64,000 nucleotides of DNA from a virus, in the IMG/VR virus record IMGVR_UViG_3300045973_000675, positions 1-64,000 of that record. One strand, written 5' to 3'. Position 1 is the stretch's first letter. Each line of letters begins with the position of its first letter. The translations under genes and the position numbers were made by a program. Under the pieces are notes generated by a model, which was given only the letters and a program-made list of their open reading frames with translations, made no database searches and was not told the DNA's origin. Below, piece after piece: positions 36,990 through 45,592 of the stretch.

Positions 36990-37382
36990 CTATCGGTCTG
37001 CGAAGATTCCGGCCGAGGCCGGCATGCTTTCTTGGGCGTGCGCAAGAGCCATGATTTCGATTTGGCGGATGCGCTCGCGGGTGAGGTTCAAAACGTCGGC
37101 GACGTACTCCAGGACCGAACCACCACGGTCGGCAATGTCGAGAGCGCACGTCTCGGCGATCTCGTCGACCTCGAGGGTGGGGTAGGTCAGGTGGATCGAT
37201 CCGCTGGTGGGATTGACGTGCAAGTACAGATGCCACTTGCAGGAAACGAATGGGCACGGCCGCTCGCCGTTCTCACACTCTCCGCGGGTCTTGGGGCGCT
37301 CAATGTCGTCCGGGTACTCGACAGCGTTGCGACGCTCCTCGCGCGTGAGATGGTCGCCGGCAATGGTGCAGCGTGGTTTCAT
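36990..37382 (-). CDS. Cys-rich sigma70-region-4-only DNA-binding protein
   Basis: RPKTRGEC..RPCPFVSCKWHLYL..GSI..ETCALDIADRGG..LEYVADVLNLTRERIRQIE. Confidence 0.85.
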   Translation of the reverse strand: MKPRCTIAGDHLTREERRNAVEYPDDIERPKTRGECENGERPCPFVSCKWHLYLHVNPTSGSIHLTYPTLEVDEIAETCALDIADRGGSVLEYVADVLNLTRERIRQIEIMALAHAQESMPASAGIFADR

Positions 37383-37918
37383 GCTGCCGGCTTCCTGCGC
37401 ATGTCTCGGCCACCGCAAACTACGAACGCGCCATCCTCGTGGATGCGGCTGACGATGCGCTCTCCATACCGCTTGGCGAACAGTGCCGGGTCGGTGATGT
37501 TGGTGGTCACGAGTGTCTTCCGCATCTTCGAGAAGCGCTTGCTGATGATCTCCTCGAACAGTTCCAAGAAGCGCCCCTTGTCGTCGAGGTGTTCGAGCCC
37601 CAGGTCGTCGATTACCAGCGCATAGGCGCCTACCAGGCCCTCGAATGCCTCCCGGTCGTAGGCGTAGCCGCGGGCCAGATCTCCAGACTGAATCCACCGC
37701 ATGCACTCGGGCTTCCCGTTGCAGAGGCGCCATAGCCACAAGCAGGCCGCGACGCTCTTTCCGACACCTGGCTCACCACCCAAGATGGTCAGGTCCTCGG
37801 TGCGCTCCGAGGCCTGCACTTGAGCTTCCGTGGTGATGGTTGCAATTGAGGCGCGGGCTGTCCGCTCGGGGACTCCCCTACGCATGAGGGCCGGGATGTT
37901 CTCTGCTGCGATGCTCAT
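37379..37918 (-). CDS. DnaC/IstB-like helicase loader ATPase
   Basis: GEPGVGKS, LVIDDLG, TLVTTN, YGERIVSRI. Confidence 0.88.
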   Translation of the reverse strand: MSIAAENIPALMRRGVPERTARASIATITTEAQVQASERTEDLTILGGEPGVGKSVAACLWLWRLCNGKPECMRWIQSGDLARGYAYDREAFEGLVGAYALVIDDLGLEHLDDKGRFLELFEEIISKRFSKMRKTLVTTNITDPALFAKRYGERIVSRIHEDGAFVVCGGRDMRRKPAA

Positions 37919-38940
37919 GGTAGCTCCAACACACCTGTTTTCTTCACTGCCCCGACGGTTGCGCGGAAGGATCCGCGAGTGGGGTCAATGGATTTGGCCT
38001 GCGCTGGCTTCGGGGCTATCCCGTGAATCGACTCGCGCAATCCCGCGAACCCGCTCTTCCAGGATCCAAACGCGAAGCTTGGATCCACGTTGCGCTGGTC
38101 GTTCCACCCGACGACGCCGTCGCGAATCCGCTCAAGCGCCAGCCGCATGGTGGGCTTGACGTCGACAATCTCGGCATCCGTTAGGCTCGCCGCGAATGTG
38201 CTGGCCTTCCCGTTGGTGTCCTTGGGGACTTCGCTTCCGGGAGGGTTTTGCACGTTCAGGACATCGCGGCGGAGCCTCCCGAACCAGGTCAGCAGGTCCA
38301 GTCCGCACGGTCTGTCCGCCGGTGCCGAACGCGCCTCTTGCTCGATCGTCCCGCACAGAGACGGGGTCAGGCACTTCTCGGGCGTCGCTCCGCACGTGCA
38401 CTTCTGCGGCAATCGCTCAACGTGCGCGCGCTCCGGATCCGGATCGGAGGCTGATAGCGCGGAAGATCCAGAGGGAGAAGACAGCACAGCAGAGCACAGA
38501 GTGACATCTTGTGACGGCTCGTGACCGCGCGTGACCGATTCGGTTTTTGCGTGACGAATCGTCACGTTTTGTGACGGCGGCGTCACGTTTTGTGACATTT
38601 CATCGTCTCTCGCCCTTACTCGACGCTCCTTCTGTCGCAGCTTGTCCGACTTGGTGCACTCCTGTGCGGCCATGAAGTTTTTGCAGAACAGAGTGGTGCC
38701 GTTCATGGAAAGTACGCCGTCTTCAAGCAGGACATCCATCGCCCGGTTGACCACGTCGAGCGGGATAGAGATCAGCCCGGATAGACCACGCCTGCCAGAC
38801 TTTCCAAGCTCAAGAATTCCAGCCCTGTCCATCTTGCGGAACACTTCCCACATCACCGCGCGCGCCTCCCATCCCATGGCCGCAAGGTCGGGGGTGTCAC
38901 GGGTGAATACCCGCACGTAGCTTTCGTCTTCCCACCGCAC
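37915..38940 (-). CDS. replication initiator protein
   Basis: wHTH-like N-terminus, RLRQKERR followed by an internal iteron region, upstream of the DnaC-like gene (lambda O/P-type layout). Confidence 0.8.
   Translation of the reverse strand: MRWEDESYVRVFTRDTPDLAAMGWEARAVMWEVFRKMDRAGILELGKSGRRGLSGLISIPLDVVNRAMDVLLEDGVLSMNGTTLFCKNFMAAQECTKSDKLRQKERRVRARDDEMSQNVTPPSQNVTIRHAKTESVTRGHEPSQDVTLCSAVLSSPSGSSALSASDPDPERAHVERLPQKCTCGATPEKCLTPSLCGTIEQEARSAPADRPCGLDLLTWFGRLRRDVLNVQNPPGSEVPKDTNGKASTFAASLTDAEIVDVKPTMRLALERIRDGVVGWNDQRNVDPSFAFGSWKSGFAGLRESIHGIAPKPAQAKSIDPTRGSFRATVGAVKKTGVLELP
38481..38597. repeat. iteron array / probable replication origin
   Basis: GT(G/C)AC at 38501, 38511, 38521, 38531, 38551, 38561, 38571, 38582 and 38592; two GTCACGTTTTGTGAC palindromes; 5-bp A[CG]AGC repeats alongside. 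Confidence 0.8.
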
Positions 38941-38942
38941 AG

Positions 38943-39707
38943 CTACATCGCCTCTCTTGCAATCGTCGGGAGTACTCCAACGACGTCGTGACCTGGTTCG
39001 AACGACGTGCCGGCGCCGGACGACTCCCGGTACCCGGACGACACGTCGCCTAGAGATCGGGACGACAACTCTCCCCACGCCCTCAGCACGCCACCGGTTC
39101 CAGGGAACAGGTCGACGAGGTCATCACCGGGCGACATCCCGAGCGCCTCGAATAGAAACGCGCAGAACTTGAGCGGCTTCCTACCAATCAGGGTCTCGCC
39201 TCCAAGCCGCGCCGGCGCCGCGCACAGCACGTTCTGGAATCCATCGCGCCATGGGCGGCCGGGGACGACGATCAGGGGCTCCCAGAAGTCGTGGCGCTGA
39301 CCGTTTCCGGGCCCGACGAGTTTGTGCCACGAGCAGATCTTCACCGCGTCTTTCGCCGCCGCCGGCACCAGCGACAGAACGTCGCCCAAGGCCTTCGACG
39401 ACGTCGAAAGTGCCCATCCTGCGATCTCGCCGCTAGTCCGTCGCCGCTCGAGGACGGACAGCAACTCGGAGTGGTTCACCTCGCCCGCAAAGTCCGGATG
39501 GTCGCCGTAGTATTTCCTGGCCAGACCAGGGTACGGCGGATCGGCATAGGCCATCACCAGGCGACGGTCGGAAATCTGCGCGGACGGCGCCGAACGACGC
39601 AGCCGGAACGCGGCCTGGCGGCACTTGCGCGAGCAGAACCTGGCGCGCGCGCTGACCTGGGTGCGGCGACACCAGGCGCAGAGCATGGGAGCAGCGGACT
39701 GATCCAC
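38943..39707 (-). CDS. amino (N6/N4) DNA methyltransferase with N-terminal Zn finger
   Basis: YADPPY precedes DLFPGTG (beta-class order); CAWC..FCSRKCR. Confidence 0.8.
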   Translation of the reverse strand: MDQSAAPMLCAWCRRTQVSARARFCSRKCRQAAFRLRRSAPSAQISDRRLVMAYADPPYPGLARKYYGDHPDFAGEVNHSELLSVLERRRTSGEIAGWALSTSSKALGDVLSLVPAAAKDAVKICSWHKLVGPGNGQRHDFWEPLIVVPGRPWRDGFQNVLCAAPARLGGETLIGRKPLKFCAFLFEALGMSPGDDLVDLFPGTGGVLRAWGELSSRSLGDVSSGYRESSGAGTSFEPGHDVVGVLPTIAREAM

Positions 39708-40304
39708 CTACGCCACCCTCGTCTTCTCATCCCGGCTCCACGCCGCCCGCAGCGTCCCGCCCAGCTTCAGGGCCTTCGCATACTGGACCGGCCACCGCCT
39801 CCGCATAATCCCTTCCCAGTCGATGCTCCCCCCGCGCTTGAGCTGCAAGATCAGCTTCGCCCGCGTGGGCCCCAGTCTTCCTTTCCGGCAATGGTGGTGC
39901 ATCGTCTCAGGGATGTAGGTCAGGGCTACGAGTGCGAACCAGCGGGCACAGGTGTTCTCTGAATTCTCGAACTCGCTTTCCACTATTTGAAACGTGCGGA
40001 GCGCGGTCTTGACCACCACGTCCCGCAGTTCCGCGGCATTCTCTGGCACGTCCACCCGCAACGTCACGTCGCCTGGAAGTCGCTCTTTCTTATTCGCAAT
40101 CTCAACCGCAGACTGGTTGCGCATGGCTGCCTTCGCCTCTTCGAGAGACTTAGCTCGATCGGCATATGCAGCTCGCTCCTCGTGGGTGCGTGCGCCACAC
40201 GTGAGGTATTCGCGGCGCCAGATCTCGTCGGACGTCGCTGGCGGATCGCCACTGGAGACGATTCGGCGCTGATACGGATCGAGTGATGATTCTTCGGCGA
40301 TCAT
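39708..40304 (-). CDS. hypothetical protein
   Basis: Coupled ORF within the operon. Confidence 0.55.
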   Translation of the reverse strand: MIAEESSLDPYQRRIVSSGDPPATSDEIWRREYLTCGARTHEERAAYADRAKSLEEAKAAMRNQSAVEIANKKERLPGDVTLRVDVPENAAELRDVVVKTALRTFQIVESEFENSENTCARWFALVALTYIPETMHHHCRKGRLGPTRAKLILQLKRGGSIDWEGIMRRRWPVQYAKALKLGGTLRAAWSRDEKTRVA

Positions 40305-41305
40305 GTTTCCCCGCTAGGGTTGGTGTCGCAAAGTCCCCAGCGCATGCACCCAGCGTCCCCTGGGGCTGCGGCGAACATTTCGACCTGGTCTTCGTTCTGG
40401 TCATTGCGCGACCACTCGACTACGGCATCGATCGGGATGCAGGGGCGCTTGCCGTCCTTATTCCGCGTCGATTGCTGAAACCAGGTCGGAGGAACGAATG
40501 GCCCAATCAGACGGTCGCGCTTCTTCTCCCAGCGCTTGTGCTTGGTGGCGTCTTCGATGGGTGGCTCCAGGTCAGGGTTGGCCAGCCACGCGGCGCGGTC
40601 CCGCTCGTATCGAGCGTGTGCGACTGGGAGCACACGCTCCTCAAGCGCGCGAATCCTGTCAATGCGAACCGGGTCGATGTCCGCCATCAATCGAATCTCG
40701 CCCTTGCGCGCGAAGATGCATGGCCAGCACCCAACCCGATTCGCACCGGCCAGGTAGAGCGGATTCGGCCGCAGCCCGTACTTGGTGTGCATGTCGATGA
40801 CCGCTTGTTCGGACCACGTGATCAATGGGCGCCACACCTCACAGTCGAAACCGTCGGACCACTCCCACTCTTTCATCCCAGAGCGCGCCTTGCTCTCGGC
40901 TGCCCGAATTCCGACGGCATTCACGCAGTCCTCGCCGGCATCGACAAGACCGTTTAGGTATTCCTGCATCGGGAACACCTTCAACTCCTCGGTGCAGAAG
41001 CGGATCTCGCGCGACGGGAACATGCCCTTGCTGGCGATCAACTCCTCCATTTGCAACGGGGCGCTAATCTCGGTGATTGGCCCCAGCATCGCAGTCAGGG
41101 GACCGCGTAGGTATTCGTAGGTCCAGGGGTGCTCCCACCCGGTGTCCATGAATACCATCTCGAATTCGATTCCAAGCTCCTTGAGCAGGAGGCACATGGC
41201 CGCCGAGTCTTTGCCGCCACTCACGGAGACGACGACACGCCGGCCGGCCAGGCGCTTAATCAGCTCTCGAACTTGTTCGGTATCCATATTTGGAAAGGCG
41301 CTCAA
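40301..41305 (-). CDS. PAPS-reductase family (PP-loop) protein
   Basis: SVSGGKDS, DTGWEH, RFCTEELK, GIRAAESKAR, NPLY..G..RVGCWPC; TTG start after SD AGGAG. Confidence 0.9.
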   Translation of the reverse strand: MSAFPNMDTEQVRELIKRLAGRRVVVSVSGGKDSAAMCLLLKELGIEFEMVFMDTGWEHPWTYEYLRGPLTAMLGPITEISAPLQMEELIASKGMFPSREIRFCTEELKVFPMQEYLNGLVDAGEDCVNAVGIRAAESKARSGMKEWEWSDGFDCEVWRPLITWSEQAVIDMHTKYGLRPNPLYLAGANRVGCWPCIFARKGEIRLMADIDPVRIDRIRALEERVLPVAHARYERDRAAWLANPDLEPPIEDATKHKRWEKKRDRLIGPFVPPTWFQQSTRNKDGKRPCIPIDAVVEWSRNDQNEDQVEMFAAAPGDAGCMRWGLCDTNPSGET

Positions 41306-41321
41306 CTTCGTACTCCTATCG

Positions 41322-41489
41322 TCACTGCGTGCAATTGCGGCCACACCGAGGGCATTTCAACCCACAAGCCCAGCCGGTGCCTTTGCAGGTTTCCAGGCAG
41401 TCGTCGGGCAGGGCGTGGCCGAACCAGGCGCAATGGGCAAGTCGGCATTCCTGGACCACAAGGGCCAGCCAAAGGCGAATCCTCTTCAC
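41322..41489 (-). CDS. small Cys-rich protein
   Basis: Manual translation MKRIRLWLALVVQECRLAHCAWFGH...CPRCGRNCTQ; GTGA overlap. Confidence 0.45.
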   Translation of the reverse strand: MKRIRLWLALVVQECRLAHCAWFGHALPDDCLETCKGTGWACGLKCPRCGRNCTQ

Positions 41490-42046
41490 GACGACTTCTT
41501 GCCCCGCGATTTCTTGGTCTTCTTCGCTGGCGCTTTTGGCTTCATGAATTCTCGTCGCGTTTCCCGATCTTTAAGCGCATCCGGAAGAGGAAACTCGTAG
41601 CCGTCCAGGTACAGTTTGCCCGTCGTCGTGAGACCAGCGGGCAGAGCGTGGGCGTAGCCGCGCAGGTCCAGGTTGCCATGGATCGTTTTCATGTCTTCCG
41701 GGATCCAAGCCTCCCCATTGCGGTACCACATGACCAATCCGCCTTCACCACGCGTCTCGAAGATCGTCGCCAGCATTGCGGTTCGATTTACAAAACGCTC
41801 GATCAGCATGGCCTTGATCGTTTTTGCCATCGCAGGATCCGCGTAGCGCACAGTGAGCGAATCGTGATTCTCGCCCGTCCACTCGACTTCTGCACCGCCC
41901 TTGATACCCCACCCAGCGCGCGCGTTGCCGTTACTATTAATTCCGGGTGCCGCGTACAGGTGCAGCGGCCCATCCGTTGTTGCCAATGCAGATGCGAATT
42001 CACTCATTGACGACTCCAGTGCAATTAACGATGCCTTTACGCACAT
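41486..42046 (-). CDS. hypothetical protein
   Basis: SD AAGGA; C-terminal GNLDLRG..LPAGL...GKLYL repeat. Confidence 0.55.
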   Translation of the reverse strand: MCVKASLIALESSMSEFASALATTDGPLHLYAAPGINSNGNARAGWGIKGGAEVEWTGENHDSLTVRYADPAMAKTIKAMLIERFVNRTAMLATIFETRGEGGLVMWYRNGEAWIPEDMKTIHGNLDLRGYAHALPAGLTTTGKLYLDGYEFPLPDALKDRETRREFMKPKAPAKKTKKSRGKKSS

Positions 42047-42507
42047 GTTTTCCTTTCCACTTTCGGCCAAATCACCGGCGCGCCCTTCACCGCGGGCAAC
42101 CTTTCCGCGATCATTCCCGCCACCTGGGCCACCTCTGCCTGCAAGTCCTCGTGACGATCAACGCTATGGCAGGCACGAATTGCGTCCGTGTTGTTCTTGC
42201 GTCCGAGCGCCTTTGCCGTTTCGCCGTAGCTGTAGCCATTCGCCCGCAATAGCCACGCGGCGGCCCGTCGCGCCCGTGACACCGTCGAGGTGCGGCCGTC
42301 GCCAAGCAGGTCGTCGAGCGCGACGTCGAAGTGCTCGCACGTGCATTCCAGGATCAGTTGTCTGGGTCGACGCTCAATTTGCCCGCGCACCGAAAGCGCG
42401 AACGCCCGCATGGCCACGGCCATCCCGGCCTCTTCGCTGCCCAATTCGGCGCTGGCGAAGCGAAAGGTGGCGAGAACGGCCGCTATGTCGACGCGGGGCA
42501 CGGGCAT
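42037..42507 (-). CDS. DnaA domain IV (C-terminal HTH)-only protein #1
   Basis: CEHFDVALDDLLGDGRTSTVSRARRAAAWLLR..SYGETAKALGRKNNTDAI. Confidence 0.75.
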   Translation of the reverse strand: MPVPRVDIAAVLATFRFASAELGSEEAGMAVAMRAFALSVRGQIERRPRQLILECTCEHFDVALDDLLGDGRTSTVSRARRAAAWLLRANGYSYGETAKALGRKNNTDAIRACHSVDRHEDLQAEVAQVAGMIAERLPAVKGAPVIWPKVERKTCA

Positions 42508-42511
42508 GCTC

Positions 42512-42940
42512 CTAGGAGTTGTGCGGATGCGCGCCCGATGCGTAGCCGGTGTGGCGCGGGCTTTTCGGTTGACGGTTGCGCTTCGCCGCCAAGTCGATGG
42601 CCAGCGGTAATGTCGGTTTCGGATCCATGCGCGTCCCGCCACCCGTTCGCCTTCCACCCGGCATCACTGCGAACTGATCAACCACACCCAAGAAGCGAGG
42701 CATGCCGAACTTGCGCCCGATGCGCTCGGCCTTACTTCTCCAATTGGGACAACCGCCCTTGGCCACGTGCGGATTCTTCCCTGCCGAAGCGAAGCGACGT
42801 GTGTGCCGATTACCGTGCGGATGCGTCTCATTCATGATTGGCTGGAACATGGCGCGAGCGTCGTTCTTTGGAAGCTCTCCGCGAGTGATCATCCTGGCGA
42901 AATGGCGAGCGTTCGCCTTGCGTTGCTGTCGTGTTTTCAT
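42512..42940 (-). CDS. basic hypothetical protein
   Basis: SD AGGAG; Arg/Lys-rich. Confidence 0.5.
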   Translation of the reverse strand: MKTRQQRKANARHFARMITRGELPKNDARAMFQPIMNETHPHGNRHTRRFASAGKNPHVAKGGCPNWRSKAERIGRKFGMPRFLGVVDQFAVMPGGRRTGGGTRMDPKPTLPLAIDLAAKRNRQPKSPRHTGYASGAHPHNS

Positions 42941-42970
42941 GGTTCTCCTGATTGGTGTGACGTTTTGTGC

Positions 42971-43207
42971 TTACGCACTTCCGAGCCTCGCCCCATCGGG
43001 CGCGCGACGCTGTGGTGACGACTGCGACAGCCCGGCCGCGGCCCCGCTGCCGATGCCACGTTGGAGCGTAAATAGGGCGAAGCGCATGCCGTCGAGGAAG
43101 GCGTTCTTGCGTGGCTGCCTTGCCAGGTACTCGTCGAGGTTGCGACCTTGCGCTTTGATCAGCGTCTCGATGTCGGCGGCGGTGGTGCGAGAGGGCGGTT
43201 TCTTCAT
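42971..43207 (-). CDS. hypothetical protein
   Basis: SD GGAG. Confidence 0.5.
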   Translation of the reverse strand: MKKPPSRTTAADIETLIKAQGRNLDEYLARQPRKNAFLDGMRFALFTLQRGIGSGAAAGLSQSSPQRRAPDGARLGSA

Positions 43208-43367
43208 TGCTGGTCTCCAATTGAAAAGTTAGGCACCACTCCGCGTGTTGAGATTGGGGCAGTCCCGGAATGGGGTGCCTCCGGAGCGGTGCCTGGGATA
43301 TCGGAATCGTCGAGAAATTGCGGCCAGTCGTCCCAACAGGTGAGGCCGCTGATGTCACAGTCGAACA

Positions 43368-45038
43368 TCACGCCACCGCCGCCATTCCAAATACCTCGCG
43401 GCGCTCCAGCACCACGGCCTTGATTAGCGCCTTGACCGTGCCCACCGGGCAAGCGTTGCCGATCATCTTGACGGCATCGCGCTTCGTGAGGGGCGAGCCG
43501 TCGGCTTTCTCCCAGCGGTACCAGGAAGGGAAGCCCATCGCGAGGGCGAGCTCGCGCGGTTCGAGCATGCGCAGGCCAATGTCCGTGATGACGTAGCTCG
43601 CGCCATCGATGTCGACCGTGACCAGGCCGTGCCTAGCGATGGTCGTCACCGTATGCAAGGGAATTTCGGGCGACTGGTGCTGGCCGCGCGTGCCGTAGTA
43701 GTGGGTGAGAAATGCGGCGACCAACTTTGCGCGCGGCCCGCCTGCCTGGTCCAGGTCAACCTTGGCGACTGCGTGGTGGTCGACGGCGGTCACCGATCCC
43801 AAAGGACTATTGGGGCTCAGTCCAGGTGGAATCTCTCCATTGGGACCGCCGCCGTAGTGCTTCGCCAGAAACGCGGCCACGAGCGCGTGGTTGTTACCGC
43901 CGGCGTGGATCGTGCGCAGCGGTTCGGTCGCAGGTGCTACGCGCGGTTCATGGCGTCCGACATGCTCTCCGTGGGCCAATCCTGCGATGAATGGAGTGAC
44001 GATTCCAGCGTGGTTCCCGCCCGCCGATACGGTGCGCAGCGGTTCGTCGAGGCCGCCGGCCGCGCTGGCGATATGGCTGTCTTCACCACCGCGGAAGTTC
44101 ACGACGAACGGCTCGACGGTCGGCACTACCGCGCCAAGTCCGCTGCCTGACGTGATGGTGCGCATCGGATCCTTTGGATCGTAAACGTACTGCCCGCGGC
44201 CGGTCGTTCCCGCGTAGGCCGTGTTCACGATGAACGGCTTACCGTTGAGCACGAATCTAACAACTCCGGTGGCGATCCTGCGCAGCGTTGCCTCGGCCAG
44301 CAGCTTCTTGCGGTCGAAGATGCTTCGGCACGGTAGCGACCAGTCGATACACTCGGCAGCCGTGCGCCAGGGCAACAGTCCTTCGCCGCCGGCCTTGCGT
44401 GGATCGTGGTGGCTGGGCTCCGGCCACACGACCGGATGCCCATCGCGCGCCGCCTGCAGAAAGAACCGCCGGCGGGTCGTGGGGTCGCCGTAGTCGGCGG
44501 CGCACAGGACGCGCCACTCGACCTGGTAACCGAGCTTGCGCAGGTCATCCACGAAGGCGCGGAAGTCTTCACCCTTGCGTGCCTTGATGGGCTGGCCGTG
44601 CTCGTCGAGTGGTCCCCAGTCCATGAACTCGGCCACGTTCTCGACCAGCAGCACGTCGACCTTAGCCACGCGCAGCCAGCGGTCAACTACCTCCCAGGCG
44701 TGCGAGCGCTGCTGTTCCTCTCGCGGCTTGCCGCCCCGGGCCCGACTATGGTGCACACACGAGGGCGAGGCCCAGAGCAGGTCGATGTGCCTCAGGCCGT
44801 ACGTGGCGGCCGTCACCTGTGTGATGTCCTCTTGATGGACGGAGATCCAGGGCAGGTTGCGGCCATGCGTGCCCACGGCCAGATCCCAGTGGTTGATCGC
44901 GTGCGACGGAATGTCACGCGACGGGATGCCAAGCTCCTCGAGGGCGAGGTGCTTGCCAACGGATTCACCACCGCCACCGCAGAAAAGGGAAACCGTCGAG
45001 GCCGTCGCGATGCGCTGCCGCTGGGCGCGGGCGCTCAT
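43368..45038 (-). CDS. DNA cytosine-C5 methyltransferase
   Basis: LFCGGGG, ASPSC, ENV, RRRFF, RMLEPREL, IGNA; five PLxT[IV] repeats in the variable region. Confidence 0.95.
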   Translation of the reverse strand: MSARAQRQRIATASTVSLFCGGGGESVGKHLALEELGIPSRDIPSHAINHWDLAVGTHGRNLPWISVHQEDITQVTAATYGLRHIDLLWASPSCVHHSRARGGKPREEQQRSHAWEVVDRWLRVAKVDVLLVENVAEFMDWGPLDEHGQPIKARKGEDFRAFVDDLRKLGYQVEWRVLCAADYGDPTTRRRFFLQAARDGHPVVWPEPSHHDPRKAGGEGLLPWRTAAECIDWSLPCRSIFDRKKLLAEATLRRIATGVVRFVLNGKPFIVNTAYAGTTGRGQYVYDPKDPMRTITSGSGLGAVVPTVEPFVVNFRGGEDSHIASAAGGLDEPLRTVSAGGNHAGIVTPFIAGLAHGEHVGRHEPRVAPATEPLRTIHAGGNNHALVAAFLAKHYGGGPNGEIPPGLSPNSPLGSVTAVDHHAVAKVDLDQAGGPRAKLVAAFLTHYYGTRGQHQSPEIPLHTVTTIARHGLVTVDIDGASYVITDIGLRMLEPRELALAMGFPSWYRWEKADGSPLTKRDAVKMIGNACPVGTVKALIKAVVLERREVFGMAAVA

Positions 45039-45260
45039 CGTGGCGACCTCGCGGCGAACATGGCGAAGAGAGCGCGCACCCGCTTGCGCAGGGAACGCTT
45101 GGGCTTGACGTGGGCTGGGGTTGCGGCCTTGAGCAGGTACGGTCGACCCGACGGCTTGAGTAGAACACGCGGCCCCCTGACCCTTCCCAGGTCACTTACC
45201 TCGTAGCGTGGAAACCCGGCCACCGGGCGCCACTCTTCCGCTTCTACGTCGTTCGTTTGG
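45035..45260 (-). pseudogene. NUMOD4 fragment (truncated HNH endonuclease)
   Basis: EEWRPVAGFPRYEVSDLGRVR with no HNH domain following; the frame stays open across attP. Confidence 0.55.
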
Positions 45261-45315
45261 CGCGCCAAAGCACCCGCGACCGCCACAACATTGCGGGACG
45301 GTTCGGTTAGCTCAG

Positions 45316-45357
45316 CGCGCCCGACATGACTCGAACATGTAACCCCCGGCTTCGTAG
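45316..45357 (-). other. attP: attP: 3' half of tRNA-Arg(ACG)
   Basis: CTACGAA (anticodon loop) GCCGG GGGTT ACATG-TTCGAGT-CATGT CGGGCGC G; no 5' half; about 235 bp downstream of the integrase. Confidence 0.88.
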
Positions 45358-45592
45358 TTCCGAACACCAGGCAGTCGTGGATCTCTCGCGCGCCCGAGGG
45401 GCCACTTGCTCCAACCGATTCGACTCCCAGCGGATCAGGTTGTGGACAAGATGCTACTGGGGGAGGAACACTCGAAGAAGCGAGTGGCCTCTCTGGCACG
45501 CGAAAATCTAAAGCAGCAACCTTATCCACGTATCCAAGGTGGACCCGTTGCGATTCGCTGTCAAGATACTTTCTGGTATCCCGGAACTTTTT

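Noticed and set aside
40301-41305. Dnd/Ssp phosphorothioation operon
   Set aside because: Only a lone PAPS-reductase-family gene; no DndB/D/E or cysteine desulfurase nearby.
45316-45400. Complete tRNA-Arg gene
   Set aside because: Only the anticodon loop to the discriminator is present; there is no 5' acceptor strand or D-arm. Interpreted as attP.
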